Virus record (IMG/VR): IMGVR_UViG_3300035696_000035
Coordinates: 1-64,000 of that record
Length of the DNA stretch: 64,000 nucleotides
Source of the DNA: a virus
Direction: 5' to 3' (one strand)
Shown here: in pieces, positions 1-8,659 of the stretch
Numbering within the stretch: the stretch's first letter is position 1
Layout: each line of letters begins with the position of its first letter
Notes under the pieces: generated by a model
Seen by the model: the letters and a program-made list of their open reading frames with translations, nothing else
Database searches by the model: none
What the model was told of the DNA's origin: nothing
Program-made: the position numbers and the translations under genes

Positions 1-9
1 CATGCTCCG

Positions 10-657
10 TCACTTCCGCAGGGCCTGGGACAGCAGCACCTCCAGCCGTGTCCTCCCCCTCATGCCGAGCGGGTGCCTGATGCTCAGCGCCAGCGTCTCC
101 CCGGTGTTCAGCACGTAGGTGAACTCGCTGGTGCACTGGTCGCTGTCCCTCTGCAGGGTCTCCGGCCTGATCGAGCCCGACTTCACCCAGGCCAGCTTCT
201 CCATCATCGCCAGGCCCAGCGCCCGCGCCCACGCGACACCCTCCTGCTCCAGCTCCTCGTTGTGGGCCTCTCGCTGCGCCTGCTCCAGCTGCGTCCTCAG
301 CGCGTTCTCCTCTGTTGCCAGCTCCAGCCGCTTGGCTTGGATCGCTGTGAACCGCTGCTCAAGCTCGCGCGCACGCGCGCGCGCAGTGGGGGGCGGGGGC
401 GGCTCGACGAGCACCGCGGGAAGGCGATCTCCGAGGAGTCGCCCGACCTGTTCGAGCCTGTTCTCGGCCAGCCTGCCGTTGGCTGTCTCCAGCCGCAGCC
501 GCAGCTCGTCCCTCTCCTCTTTCAGCTTCAGGGCCAGGCACCGGGTGTGGCACTTGAAGTCCCGCTGCTGCTGGCAGTCGTGCCAGTCTGCTTTCTCGTC
601 TCCCACCCGGAACTGTGCCACGCACAGCACGCAGCTGGTGCCGTCAGCGATGCTCAT
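10..657 (-). CDS. hypothetical coiled-coil protein with poly-Pro linker
   Basis: 215-aa ORF; LEQ/RLE heptad-like repeats and PPPPP segment; its ATG overlaps stop of upstream minus-strand gene (ATGA at 654-657). Confidence 0.45.
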   Translation of the reverse strand: MSIADGTSCVLCVAQFRVGDEKADWHDCQQQRDFKCHTRCLALKLKEERDELRLRLETANGRLAENRLEQVGRLLGDRLPAVLVEPPPPPTARARARELEQRFTAIQAKRLELATEENALRTQLEQAQREAHNEELEQEGVAWARALGLAMMEKLAWVKSGSIRPETLQRDSDQCTSEFTYVLNTGETLALSIRHPLGMRGRTRLEVLLSQALRK

Positions 658-1097
658 CGTCTCTTCTCCGTTCCCTTCTTCGGTGCTCTGGGGTGGAGGC
701 CCTTCCGCTGCATCTCAGCCCGGTGGTTCTTCAGGTCTGTCTTCGTCGGCACCCGCCACTCGACCGTCACCGATCCCGTGTAGGTCTTGGTCTTGTCGTC
801 TCCCGCCGATTCCTCCTCGAAGGTGCAGGCGTTGTCGGTGTCCTTGAACTCCTCGGGCACGTCTGCTGGCCCCACGCTGTAGGCCGTCCCCTCCCTGGCG
901 TCGAAGGGTTCCTCCTCGTCCAGCTCCGCCCACTCGGCGGTGATCTGCAGGCCGTCCCTCAGGTTGTCCCGGCACTCCTCCGGCGTCGCTCCCTGGGCCA
1001 CGTAGTAGTAGTCGGTGCAGCCCGCCACCCAGGCCACCTCGTCCCACAGCATCACGAAGGTGAAGGTCCGGCTCTTGGTTGTCTCCCGCGCTTTCAT
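654..1097 (-). CDS. hypothetical protein (HicB/UPF0150-like fold suspected)
   Basis: ORF 654..1421 trimmed to internal Met (MKARETTKSRTFTF..) because upstream 108 codons are Arg/Pro/Gly-rich and this Met forms ATGA overlap with stop of 1094..1432 gene; FVMLWDEVAWVAGC..ATPEEC motif. Confidence 0.4.
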   Translation of the reverse strand: MKARETTKSRTFTFVMLWDEVAWVAGCTDYYYVAQGATPEECRDNLRDGLQITAEWAELDEEEPFDAREGTAYSVGPADVPEEFKDTDNACTFEEESAGDDKTKTYTGSVTVEWRVPTKTDLKNHRAEMQRKGLHPRAPKKGTEKRR

Positions 1098-1432
1098 GAG
1101 TCCCAGCACGTCCCGCCCGGGTGGTGGTAACCACACTCGGGGCACGGTGGGTTCTCGACGGGCTTCTCGGGGGCACGAGCCGAGGCTCCCGGCCAGTCCC
1201 GGTCGTCCCGGTACCTGGCCACCTTGGGCTTCAGGTCGACGGGTACCAGGAACTCGGCGATGACGTGTGAGTTGGTCTCGTCCAGCACCTCGACCAGCAC
1301 GTTGAAGGGTCCCACCCGCTTGTCGGGTTCCAGGTCGGTCAGCAGCAGCTTGCCGGGGTGCGGGGTGTCGCTGGCCCGGCTCACTGAGTCCTGCAGGCGT
1401 CGCTTCAGCTTGTCGTTCCACTCGCGGCCCAT
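1094..1432 (-). CDS. hypothetical protein with C-terminal CPECG..GGTC tail
   Basis: 112-aa ORF, balanced composition, stop/start coupled on both sides. Confidence 0.4.
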   Translation of the reverse strand: MGREWNDKLKRRLQDSVSRASDTPHPGKLLLTDLEPDKRVGPFNVLVEVLDETNSHVIAEFLVPVDLKPKVARYRDDRDWPGASARAPEKPVENPPCPECGYHHPGGTCWDS

Positions 1433-1824
1433 CAGCGTCCCTTCCCTTTCTCTAGGTCGAATGTCTCTCCCCCGAACTTCAGGCTGGTCGCCCGGTACGA
1501 GCCGTCCCTCTGCAGCTCCAGCACCAGCTCACCGCCCTGGTGCCGGCACATCGCGTAGGCGGCGTCCTCGTGCTCCCGGGTGATGTCCTCGGGCGGCAGC
1601 TCCTGGCCGCAGTGTTGCAGGTTCAACCAGAAGTTGAGCCCCCGCCGTTCGTTGGTCCCCTCGCGGGGCGGAGCGATGGTGAAGCTGGCAGCGAAGCGCC
1701 TCCGTGGGTCGGAGGGCGGTGTCTGCTTCTTCTTCGACTGCTGCTTCTCCCCGCGTTGTGCTGCTTCCGAGCACGCCTGGCACTCGCTGGGACCCAAGCC
1801 GCAGTGACCGAAACACGAGGGCAT
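1432..1824 (-). CDS. hypothetical Cys-rich protein
   Basis: 130-aa ORF (CFGHCG..CQAC N-terminus); TGATG coupling to downstream gene. Confidence 0.35.
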   Translation of the reverse strand: MPSCFGHCGLGPSECQACSEAAQRGEKQQSKKKQTPPSDPRRRFAASFTIAPPREGTNERRGLNFWLNLQHCGQELPPEDITREHEDAAYAMCRHQGGELVLELQRDGSYRATSLKFGGETFDLEKGKGR

Positions 1825-1847
1825 GCCACCACTCTACCCGGCACCCG

Positions 1848-2102
1848 TCACCCTGGATCTCTCAGCTCGCCCTCCCAGACCCAGCCGTACTTCTGGTCGC
1901 ACAGCACCAGCACCATGTGGTCCCCGAAGGCGGGTCCCGGCTTCGTCGCCAGCACCAGGGCCACGGTGTCGTCTTTCAGCATCCCGACGATGTCTCCCCG
2001 GTCGCTGCCGTCCCCCGGCAGCCGCCACATCCAGGTGATGTGGTCCCCGCCCGAGCTCGCTGTCTCGCTGGACTTCGTCAGGGCTAGGTCTCCCGGTCTC
2101 AC
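1848..2102 (-). CDS. family-A small beta-rich protein (PGDLV/GW paralog)
   Basis: MRPGDLALT.. N-terminus, VALVLA and YGWVWEGEL C-terminal signature shared with >20 paralogs. Confidence 0.5.
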   Translation of the reverse strand: MRPGDLALTKSSETASSGGDHITWMWRLPGDGSDRGDIVGMLKDDTVALVLATKPGPAFGDHMVLVLCDQKYGWVWEGELRDPG

Positions 2103-2332
2103 GGCGCTAGCCTGAACTGTTCCTTCTCCCGCCAGCCGAAGTACACCCCGCCGTCGCCCTTCGGCACCATGACGAACACGCTGGTCTCGTTGACTGCTAG
2201 CACCAGGGCGGGCTGGTCGTGCCGCAGGTTCGTCACCGACTTGCTGGTGGTGCTCCAGACCTCGGGCTCGTCGAACAGGGTCAGGAAGGAGTGGTTCTCC
2301 CTGGTCAGCACCGTGTCCCCGGGCTTGATCAC
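2099..2332 (-). CDS. family-A paralog
   Basis: GTG start (VIKPGDTVLT) overlapping TGA of upstream gene (GTGA); ALVLAV..YFGW motif. Confidence 0.5.
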   Translation of the reverse strand: MIKPGDTVLTRENHSFLTLFDEPEVWSTTSKSVTNLRHDQPALVLAVNETSVFVMVPKGDGGVYFGWREKEQFRLAP

Positions 2333-2598
2333 GCTTCTTCGATCAGGTGCTGGCCCACCCAGCCAAACCTGCCCCCGCACAGGACCAGCGCCCAGTCCCA
2401 CTGCGGGTGGGTGCCCAGCAGCAGGCACACGTCCTGCATCCTGATCTGGCCCACCAGCTTGGGATCGTGTTCTTCGTCCCGGATGTGGTTGACGTCGGGC
2501 TGGTACGGAGCCGGCACGTTGCTGAGGCCGATGCTGCCGCCCTCGTCGAGCAGGGTCCTGCCCTGGGCGCTGAGCTTCACCAGGTCACCGGGCTTCAT
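2329..2598 (-). CDS. family-A paralog
   Basis: Trimmed to MKPGDLVKL (ATGA overlap with 2595..2795 gene); ALVLC..FGWVG motif. Confidence 0.5.
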   Translation of the reverse strand: MKPGDLVKLSAQGRTLLDEGGSIGLSNVPAPYQPDVNHIRDEEHDPKLVGQIRMQDVCLLLGTHPQWDWALVLCGGRFGWVGQHLIEEA

Positions 2599-2795
2599 GC
2601 CTGTCCCTTGGGCCTGGGTTGGGTGCTGATGGCGAAGCCGAAGAGTTCCTCTTCTTCTTTGGCGAGCTCCCGTAGCCGGCGGTTGCGTGCCCACCAGCAC
2701 TGGACGTGGCACACCTCGACCGGCACCCCGTCCCGGATGGTGATCATCGAGGTCTCCCCCGTGTCGATGGGTTCACCGCAGACCGGGCAGCTCAC
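2595..2795 (-). CDS. family-C zinc-ribbon protein
   Basis: 66 aa; CPVCGEPID..x..VCHVQCWW four-ligand pattern shared with 2792..3037 and 4094..4429. Confidence 0.5.
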   Translation of the reverse strand: MSCPVCGEPIDTGETSMITIRDGVPVEVCHVQCWWARNRRLRELAKEEEELFGFAISTQPRPKGQA

Positions 2796-3037
2796 CGCAG
2801 CACCTCGCCCGAACCCGAGAACACTGTCGGCTCGCTGCCGATGGAGTGACGAGCGTTGCGTTGCCAGCTTGCGGTGCCCGAGCCCCCGTCGCTCTCGCCC
2901 CTCAACTCAGCAACGACCGCCGTCAACCGGGCACACTCGGCCTTCCACCAGCACAGCTCGTGGTACCAGTGCCCGTCGAGGATGTGCGGCGCCTCAGGTG
3001 TGATGTCTTCGTCACAGAAGGTGCAGACCGGGACCAT
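2792..3037 (-). CDS. family-C zinc-ribbon protein
   Basis: Trimmed to MVPVCTFCDEDI..HWYHELCWW; N-terminal Ser/Arg-rich extension of the track ORF discarded. Confidence 0.45.
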   Translation of the reverse strand: MVPVCTFCDEDITPEAPHILDGHWYHELCWWKAECARLTAVVAELRGESDGGSGTASWQRNARHSIGSEPTVFSGSGEVLR

Positions 3038-3041
3038 GCTG

Positions 3042-3293
3042 TCATGGTACCACCTCAAAGTATGCTGTACCCTGCCAACCCAACTGGTTGCGGCACAACA
3101 CCAAGAGCAACCGCGACTTCCAAGAGAGCTGGACCTCAGAGGTAGCGATGACGATGCCCACGTCATCGGGCTCGAACGACCCGCAGGTTCGCTTGCCCTC
3201 TGTGGTGTCGAGCTGCCACTCGCGGACGTTCCACAGGGAGACTGAGGCGTTGCCGGTGTTCTTCAGCCTCACCAGGTCCCCCGGCTTGATCAC
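3042..3293 (-). CDS. family-A paralog
   Basis: GTG start (VIKPGDLVRLKN) in GTGA overlap with 3290..3565; GIVIAT..LGWQG motif. Confidence 0.5.
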   Translation of the reverse strand: MIKPGDLVRLKNTGNASVSLWNVREWQLDTTEGKRTCGSFEPDDVGIVIATSEVQLSWKSRLLLVLCRNQLGWQGTAYFEVVP

Positions 3294-3565
3294 TCGACCA
3301 CCTCGAACTGGGTCGTCTCCCGCCAGCCCATCTTGGAGTCCCCGTCCCCCGTCGCCACCAGCACCAGGCACTCAGTCGCTGATGAGACCTCGTCGTATGG
3401 GATCTCGTTGACGGCCAACACCAAGCCCACGTCTTCCGGTTGCATCTGGTAGACCTCAGGGATCGAGGTGCCGCCTCCGACAGTGAGGGCGACGGGTCCC
3501 GGCTTGGCGAACAGGGTGACGAAGCCATCGGGCTGCACGATCTTGACGGTGTCTCCCGGCTTCAT
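3290..3565 (-). CDS. family-A paralog
   Basis: MKPGDTVKIVQP..GLVLAV..MGWRETTQFEVV; ATGA-coupled to neighbours. Confidence 0.55.
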   Translation of the reverse strand: MKPGDTVKIVQPDGFVTLFAKPGPVALTVGGGTSIPEVYQMQPEDVGLVLAVNEIPYDEVSSATECLVLVATGDGDSKMGWRETTQFEVVE

Positions 3566-3882
3566 GGCACCAGCTCGAACATGCGGGTCTCGTTCCAGCC
3601 GAACTGGTCACCGAACAGCACCATCACCTGGTCACCCAGGCCCTCGAGGCCCTTCTGTTCGGGCCCGATGGCGATGTGCCGGGCTAGCACCAGTCCCACC
3701 CGGTTCCACATCGCTTTGCCAGTGATGCCGCTGCCTCCCTGGTCCTTCCACAGGGTGACGTTGGTCGTCTTGGGTCCGGTGTCCTCTTGGCGTGGCCACA
3801 CCAGCGCGCCCGGCACGATCCGCATGTCGGGTTGCCACACCTGGCGCTCGCCCGCCATCGCTGAGGACTGTTCGACGCTCAC
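3562..3882 (-). CDS. family-A paralog (divergent N-terminus)
   Basis: IVPGALVWP..GLVLA..FGWNETRMFELVP, ending nearly identical to 3290..3565 paralog. Confidence 0.5.
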   Translation of the reverse strand: MSVEQSSAMAGERQVWQPDMRIVPGALVWPRQEDTGPKTTNVTLWKDQGGSGITGKAMWNRVGLVLARHIAIGPEQKGLEGLGDQVMVLFGDQFGWNETRMFELVP

Positions 3883-4094
3883 GGCAGCCCACGCACCCGT
3901 TCCAGCTGCCGGCGTGCATGGCGCTGCTCGGCTCGTTTCTTCTGCAAACGTTCTTGGATCCCCTGCCTACGGTTGAGGATCCAGTGTTGGAACTCCGAAG
4001 CCATGATGGGCGCGTCTTGCCGCTGCCCCTGCCCACGGAAGACCCACAGAATGGTCCATGCAGTGATGAGGGTGGCAACCACAGCTCGGCTCAT
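3879..4094 (-). CDS. small single-pass membrane protein
   Basis: Trimmed to MSRAVVATLITAWTILWVF (TM helix) followed by basic coiled region; TGATG coupling. Confidence 0.4.
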   Translation of the reverse strand: MSRAVVATLITAWTILWVFRGQGQRQDAPIMASEFQHWILNRRQGIQERLQKKRAEQRHARRQLERVRGLP

Positions 4095-4429
4095 CAGCGC
4101 CTCCTGAGGCGGTCCAGCACCGCGTGGGCCAGGGACTTCAGCAACGGCGGCTGCCGCAGCTGTTCCAGGTCGTGCTCGGCGTCCCACCGCTTGTGGCGTT
4201 CCTTCCAGACCTCGTCCGAGAGCAGCTTGTTCTCGCCCTCGAGGATGTGGTTGTCGTCCTGGAGTGAGCTTAGCTCTTCTTCGAGCTCATCGGCACGTTC
4301 GCTACGCTTCCGCAGGTAGCACAGCTCGTGAGCGAGCTCGCGGCCCAAGCGGGACGTCTGGATCATCCGGGTCCGGTCCTTGACCTTGTCGATCGGCCCG
4401 CTGCAGATGGGACACTTTTCGTGTTGCAT
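4094..4429 (-). CDS. family-C zinc-ribbon protein with coiled-coil tail
   Basis: Trimmed to MQHEKCPICSGPIDKV..LAHELCY after GGGGGA RBS-like stretch. Confidence 0.45.
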   Translation of the reverse strand: MQHEKCPICSGPIDKVKDRTRMIQTSRLGRELAHELCYLRKRSERADELEEELSSLQDDNHILEGENKLLSDEVWKERHKRWDAEHDLEQLRQPPLLKSLAHAVLDRLRRR

Positions 4430-4637
4430 CAGTCCCCCGTCAAGCGTGGTGCTTGCCACCCGCTGTGAAATACCCGTGACGGAAGCCCGTCGATGACCCC
4501 TCGCGGTGCCCGCGGTCGTAACCGACCCGGTACGCAACGAGCCACGTCACCGCTCCCGTCACGAACACCGACAGGAGTGTCACCCAGGTGCTGTCGTCCA
4601 TGTGTCCACCTTAACTCGCGCGTGGTACGTTTGCACC

Positions 4638-4901
4638 ATGAAGCCGGGTGACCTCGTCAAACGCAAGGACAAGTGGCGGGACACCAACGTGAACTCGGGT
4701 CGCATCTTCCTGATGCGGGACGCCGAGAAGTTCAACGAGGCGGTCTGCGAGTTCCACTACGACAGGCTCGCTCTGGTCGTCGCCGTCAAACACGTGATGT
4801 GGTCCGACTTCATCGGCGGGGACTTTGCCCTGCTCCTCTACGAGGGGACGTACGGCTGGACGCTGGTCGGCGAGCTGGAGGCTGTCAGCCCGGGCTCGTG
4901 A
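4638..4901 (+). CDS. family-A paralog
   Basis: MKPGDLVKRKDKW..LALVVAV..YGWTLVGELE. Confidence 0.5.
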   Translation: MKPGDLVKRKDKWRDTNVNSGRIFLMRDAEKFNEAVCEFHYDRLALVVAVKHVMWSDFIGGDFALLLYEGTYGWTLVGELEAVSPGS

Positions 4902-5172
4902 GCCGTTCGATGGTGTCCTCGTAGAACTTGACCAGCGCGTCCACGGCCAGCACCTCGTTGCGGGCTGCCTTCTGCTTCTCGTAGGCCTCGACCAGCTTGT
5001 CGCGGTAGTAGGTGAGGTCGTCGACGGGTTTTGCCGCCTGCCTCTCCTGCTTCTTCCTGGCGGCGAAGGCCTGGAACGCAGCGTCCGACTTGATCAACTT
5101 CTCGGGCTTCCGTTCCTGCTTCTTGGTCGCCTTCTTCTTGTCCTTCTTGTGATCCTTCTTCTTGCTTGCCAT
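4885..5172 (-). CDS. lysine-rich basic protein (histone H1-like tail; putative DNA-binding)
   Basis: Trimmed to MASKKKDHKKDKKKATKKQERK..; GGGGAG RBS-like 6 nt upstream. Confidence 0.5.
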   Translation of the reverse strand: MASKKKDHKKDKKKATKKQERKPEKLIKSDAAFQAFAARKKQERQAAKPVDDLTYYRDKLVEAYEKQKAARNEVLAVDALVKFYEDTIERLTSPG

Positions 5173-5210
5173 CTCCCCATCGTATACACCCGGATGATGT
5201 AGGATAGGGC

Positions 5211-6101
5211 ATGACTGTCGTCTTCGTCTACTCCAAGAGGAACCAGGAAGCGACCACCCTGGCATACTTCGACTACGTGCTGGCCGCGATGCAGGCCAAC
5301 GGCGCCCTGGTGCTGGAGGAGTCGAGGTTCATGGCGTCAGGCAAGGACATGCTGGTCCCACACGGTGACCGCCTCGTCAACTTCTACTGTGACAACCCAG
5401 CTGCGGTGTGGCAGCGGTGCCTGCCCCAGTTCAGATGGAACTACGCCATCGATGAGATCGCTCAACCCGACGGACGAGCCTACGCCACCAAGATCAAGCA
5501 GTGCAAGGAGAACGACTGCACCAAGATGGTCGTTACCTACATGTCACCCCGACACCTGCTCAACCTGCGCCAGGCGGGCATCTCCTACGTCGGCATGCCG
5601 TGCTGTCCCCCGAGGATCCGCACCCGTGTCTCCAAGCCCCGTGCCGTCGCCGCCTTTGGTTCCTACCACCCGACGACGTACCCTGAACGGACCCGCATCA
5701 AGGAAGCGTTGGTCAGGTCGTTTGGAGCGCAGCACGTCCATGAACACCTGAACCCACCCGCCACGGGGGAACGGTTCTACGAAGCGTTGGACGGTTACCA
5801 GATGGGCATCGTCGACCGTGCTGGCTTCCGCGACCGCTTCGTCAACAAGTACGTCGAGTTCGGGGCCTCACATGTGCTGCCCATCGGCGACTGCCCCAGC
5901 TACATGCCCCGTGACATGCGGGAAGCGATGGTCAACACCGAGGGCAAGAACGCCAAGTGGATCATCAGCGAGGTCAACCGCTTGCTGCACACACCACAGG
6001 AACTGATGCTACGCCAGGAGAACTACACTGAGGCGGTGTCGAAGAACTTCAACCTGCTGCAACACGCTGGCCGCGTTGTCCAGACGATCACGGCAGCCTG
6101 A
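5211..6101 (+). CDS. hypothetical protein, possible glycosyltransferase (CgeB/GT1-like C-terminus)
   Basis: 296-aa ORF; RFYEALDGYQMGIVD resembles GT1 E-x7-E region; weak. Confidence 0.4.
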   Translation: MTVVFVYSKRNQEATTLAYFDYVLAAMQANGALVLEESRFMASGKDMLVPHGDRLVNFYCDNPAAVWQRCLPQFRWNYAIDEIAQPDGRAYATKIKQCKENDCTKMVVTYMSPRHLLNLRQAGISYVGMPCCPPRIRTRVSKPRAVAAFGSYHPTTYPERTRIKEALVRSFGAQHVHEHLNPPATGERFYEALDGYQMGIVDRAGFRDRFVNKYVEFGASHVLPIGDCPSYMPRDMREAMVNTEGKNAKWIISEVNRLLHTPQELMLRQENYTEAVSKNFNLLQHAGRVVQTITAA

Positions 6102-6852
6102 TACCGATGAGCTCGTCGCAGCGGTTGTAGAAGTCGCTGCTGAATGGGACACCACGGAACGGGTTCTTCCGGGACCTGCCCTGGTGGAGGACGAAGGGCG
6201 TGCCGTCGGGCAGGTGCCATTCTTCGTACGAGGTCGGGAACGCCGCCAACGCCTTGCGACACTTGGGGTCGTCGATGTTCTCGAAGGCAAGGGACGTCAG
6301 GCCGTTGTCACGGAGGAAGATCGGGAAGTTCCAGCACGCGTCCTGCAACACCCGGTAGTCAGCGGGCAGCCCATACAGGTCCTGTAGTTCAGGAGTGTTG
6401 GTCATCAGGGGTTGGGTTGGGTTGCACCTCGCCGGTTCGTACAAGTGCCAGGGCTTCCCTGGTTTCAGCGCCATCCACTCGACGTTGGGCTTGCCCTTGT
6501 ACGTCTGGTACCTGCTGAAGCCCGTCTGCTTGGTGCCGATCCTCTGGTACGCGGTGCCCACGCAGTCGTAGGTCTCCAACATCTGTTTCAGTGCGATGTC
6601 CCAGTCCGCCATCACCACGACGGTGTCGCTGTCGCAGACCACATGGATTGCCTCGGGTTCCTTCTGCATCGACTGGAACGCTTCCTTCACGGCTCGGCAG
6701 TGGTTGTCTGCGGGTTCAGGCGGGTTCTTGGGAACGATGTGCTTCTCAAGCCGCAACGCTTCCTTATCAGCAGCAAGACGTTGCATCGCTCCGAAGCAGT
6801 ACCCCGCGTATGACCCGGTGCCTTGTCCTGTCGGAATGTGGACGACTATCAT
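6088..6852 (-). CDS. hypothetical protein, possible GT-A fold glycosyltransferase
   Basis: 254-aa ORF; HVVCDSDTVVV DxD-like motif after N-terminal beta-alpha-beta (MIVVHIPTGQG). Confidence 0.4.
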   Translation of the reverse strand: MIVVHIPTGQGTGSYAGYCFGAMQRLAADKEALRLEKHIVPKNPPEPADNHCRAVKEAFQSMQKEPEAIHVVCDSDTVVVMADWDIALKQMLETYDCVGTAYQRIGTKQTGFSRYQTYKGKPNVEWMALKPGKPWHLYEPARCNPTQPLMTNTPELQDLYGLPADYRVLQDACWNFPIFLRDNGLTSLAFENIDDPKCRKALAAFPTSYEEWHLPDGTPFVLHQGRSRKNPFRGVPFSSDFYNRCDELIGIRLP

Positions 6853-6911
6853 GGCTGCTTCACCATATCATATCAGTGCAAGCGAACGCCAGGCTGAAGT
6901 AAGGTAGCTCC

Positions 6912-7133
6912 ATGAGCGCCTACTGCGTAGGCTTCGAACACGACGGTAGCTCCACACCTGCCTGCCTAGTCAGCGGGGCAGACGAGATCGCGGCGATTTG
7001 TAATGCAGGCGGTCCAACATTGGAAGGAACCGTCGCCGTGGTGCTGACCATTCCGGTCGACCCGCAGAAGCCCGCTGCAGCCAGGTATCGTTGCAAGAAG
7101 GGCCAGTGGGTCCTGGAAAGCAGATCACCGTGA
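6912..7133 (+). CDS. hypothetical protein
   Basis: 73-aa ORF following divergent intergenic region 6853-6911. Confidence 0.35.
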   Translation: MSAYCVGFEHDGSSTPACLVSGADEIAAICNAGGPTLEGTVAVVLTIPVDPQKPAAARYRCKKGQWVLESRSP

Positions 7134-7489
7134 CAGAGGATACGAAGACACACATCATCAGCCAAAAGCTCGCCAACTACCGAGAAGCCGACAGGTGCTG
7201 CCCGGTCTGTGATGACGGAACCCGCATCAAACGGATGCAAGTGGTCAACGTCAACGAAGAGACGGGCAACATCACCTTCGGTGGCTACTACTGGGTCTGT
7301 GAGAGCAACCCGGACGATACCGACCACTACCAGTACAGCCCAGGCGGTGGCAGGCGGGGAGCGAAGCCCAGGGAGTCAGTCCACGCTCACGTACCCGAAC
7401 GTTTCAAGCCCAGCTTCGTCATGCAACCCCGAGGTCCTGGCCACGTCATCAAACGAGGCAAGGACGGCAAGAAGACGGTGATCAAGTGA
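7131..7489 (+). CDS. hypothetical zinc-ribbon protein
   Basis: GTG start in GTGA overlap; CCPVCDDG..x..YYWVCES Cys pairs. Confidence 0.4.
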
Positions 7490-7686
7490 ACAGGCACCTC
7501 CCAATCGTCTCCGAAACCACTGAAGCAACCGAACTCTCCGTCGCCGTCAAGTTTCCCAAGAAGGTGGAACGTATCCGACGTGAAGCACGCATCGCTCACT
7601 ACGTCAACAACTACAGCGTCAGGACGCTGGCGGAGCTCATCGTGTCGTTGGAGGACAAGTATGGGATCCCCTCCGCGATCGACTGA
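7486..7686 (+). CDS. hypothetical protein
   Basis: 66-aa ORF, GTGA-coupled start. Confidence 0.35.
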   Translation: MNRHLPIVSETTEATELSVAVKFPKKVERIRREARIAHYVNNYSVRTLAELIVSLEDKYGIPSAID

Positions 7687-8101
7687 GCTCACACGGCTGG
7701 GCCGAGCGCTCCGTCGCGAGCTCGAGCCACTGGTCAAACAACACCCAGACGAGTTCGGCTTTCCCAACTACATGGGTGCCTGCGGTGTCGCGGCCTACGC
7801 CATGTGCAAGCTGCTGCGTCGCCTGGGAAGCCAACCCAAGCTCGTCATGTCGGGCGGCCCGTTCCCGGGCAGCAGGCACTGTTGGACCGAGGTGGACGGC
7901 TTCATTGTGGACCTGACAGCGACACAATTCGGCTACACCAAGCCAGTCCAGGTCGTCACCCGCCGGAGTGAATGGCACACGCCATGGCTTTGCGAAGGTC
8001 GAGATGCACTGGAGCGCTTGAAGACCTGGGATCTCCAGAACCCGCTGAAGCACCGTGAGGCCATCGATGCCGCGGTGAGCCGGGTCCTCACACCTCGCTG
8101 A
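7661..8101 (+). CDS. putative transglutaminase-like cysteine peptidase
   Basis: Cys (GACGVAAYAMC), His (RHCWTEVDGF), Asp (IVDLTATQ) spaced like transglutaminase-like triad; start uncertain. Confidence 0.35.
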   Translation: MGSPPRSTELTRLGRALRRELEPLVKQHPDEFGFPNYMGACGVAAYAMCKLLRRLGSQPKLVMSGGPFPGSRHCWTEVDGFIVDLTATQFGYTKPVQVVTRRSEWHTPWLCEGRDALERLKTWDLQNPLKHREAIDAAVSRVLTPR

Positions 8102-8369
8102 AGCACAGCAAGCTGTTCCATCCCAAGCGAGTGCCGAACAACACCAACGCTTCCAGGTGCTTGCCACCCGCTGCCCACCCGTCAGCGGCGTCGGTCTCAA
8201 CCTCGACCACAGCAATGAGCAAACCGACCTCGTCGAGCTCCACAGTGCCGACCGTCGGGTTGTCAGGAGTGAAGGGCTCCGGTCGCTTCAACAGCACGAC
8301 CCGGTTGCCTCCCGTCTCAGTGCCTCTGTCGACAGGGTCGACCTTGATGAGGCTGCCGGGCAGCATCAC
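8088..8369 (-). CDS. family-A paralog
   Basis: MMLPGSLIKV..GLLIAVV..LGWNSLL. Confidence 0.45.
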   Translation of the reverse strand: MMLPGSLIKVDPVDRGTETGGNRVVLLKRPEPFTPDNPTVGTVELDEVGLLIAVVEVETDAADGWAAGGKHLEALVLFGTRLGWNSLLCFSEV

Positions 8370-8659
8370 TCGCTGCGGCGGTGCGCCAGCTCCGCGATGA
8401 AGTGACCTAGCTTGGCATACTCACAGCCCAGGGCGACCAGGTCACGTGGAGTGCACCAGCCTGCACCGATGTTGCGGGTCTTGCGGCCCTTGATGTCCTG
8501 GAAGAGTCCGTAGATGGGCTTGATCTTGAGCATCTCGGCCCCGACCTCCTCACGGTCCAAGACGTCGATGACCACGTAGAGGACCCCGCCTGCGATGCCC
8601 TGGTACTCGCAGGTGCAGACGTCGCCCTTCTGCCACACGTGTTTCTGGTCGTCGCTCAT
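8366..8659 (-). CDS. family-B protein (LG..Y..LGHFI.E.A tail)
   Basis: C-terminal LVALGCEYAKLGHFIAELAHRRSE shared with 8656..9003, 23869..24159, 24152..24499. Confidence 0.5.
   Translation of the reverse strand: MSDDQKHVWQKGDVCTCEYQGIAGGVLYVVIDVLDREEVGAEMLKIKPIYGLFQDIKGRKTRNIGAGWCTPRDLVALGCEYAKLGHFIAELAHRRSE

Noticed and set aside
73-847. Plus-strand ORFs 73..783 and 119..847 opposite the coiled-coil gene
   Set aside because: Pro/Arg/Ser/Leu-rich low complexity. Antisense to a better ORF chain with ATGA coupling
654-1421. Full 255-aa track ORF
   Set aside because: The first 108 codons are Arg/Pro/Gly-rich, and an internal Met in a perfect ATGA overlap with the upstream gene gives a compact 147-aa protein. 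The HicB-like idea is kept only as low-confidence
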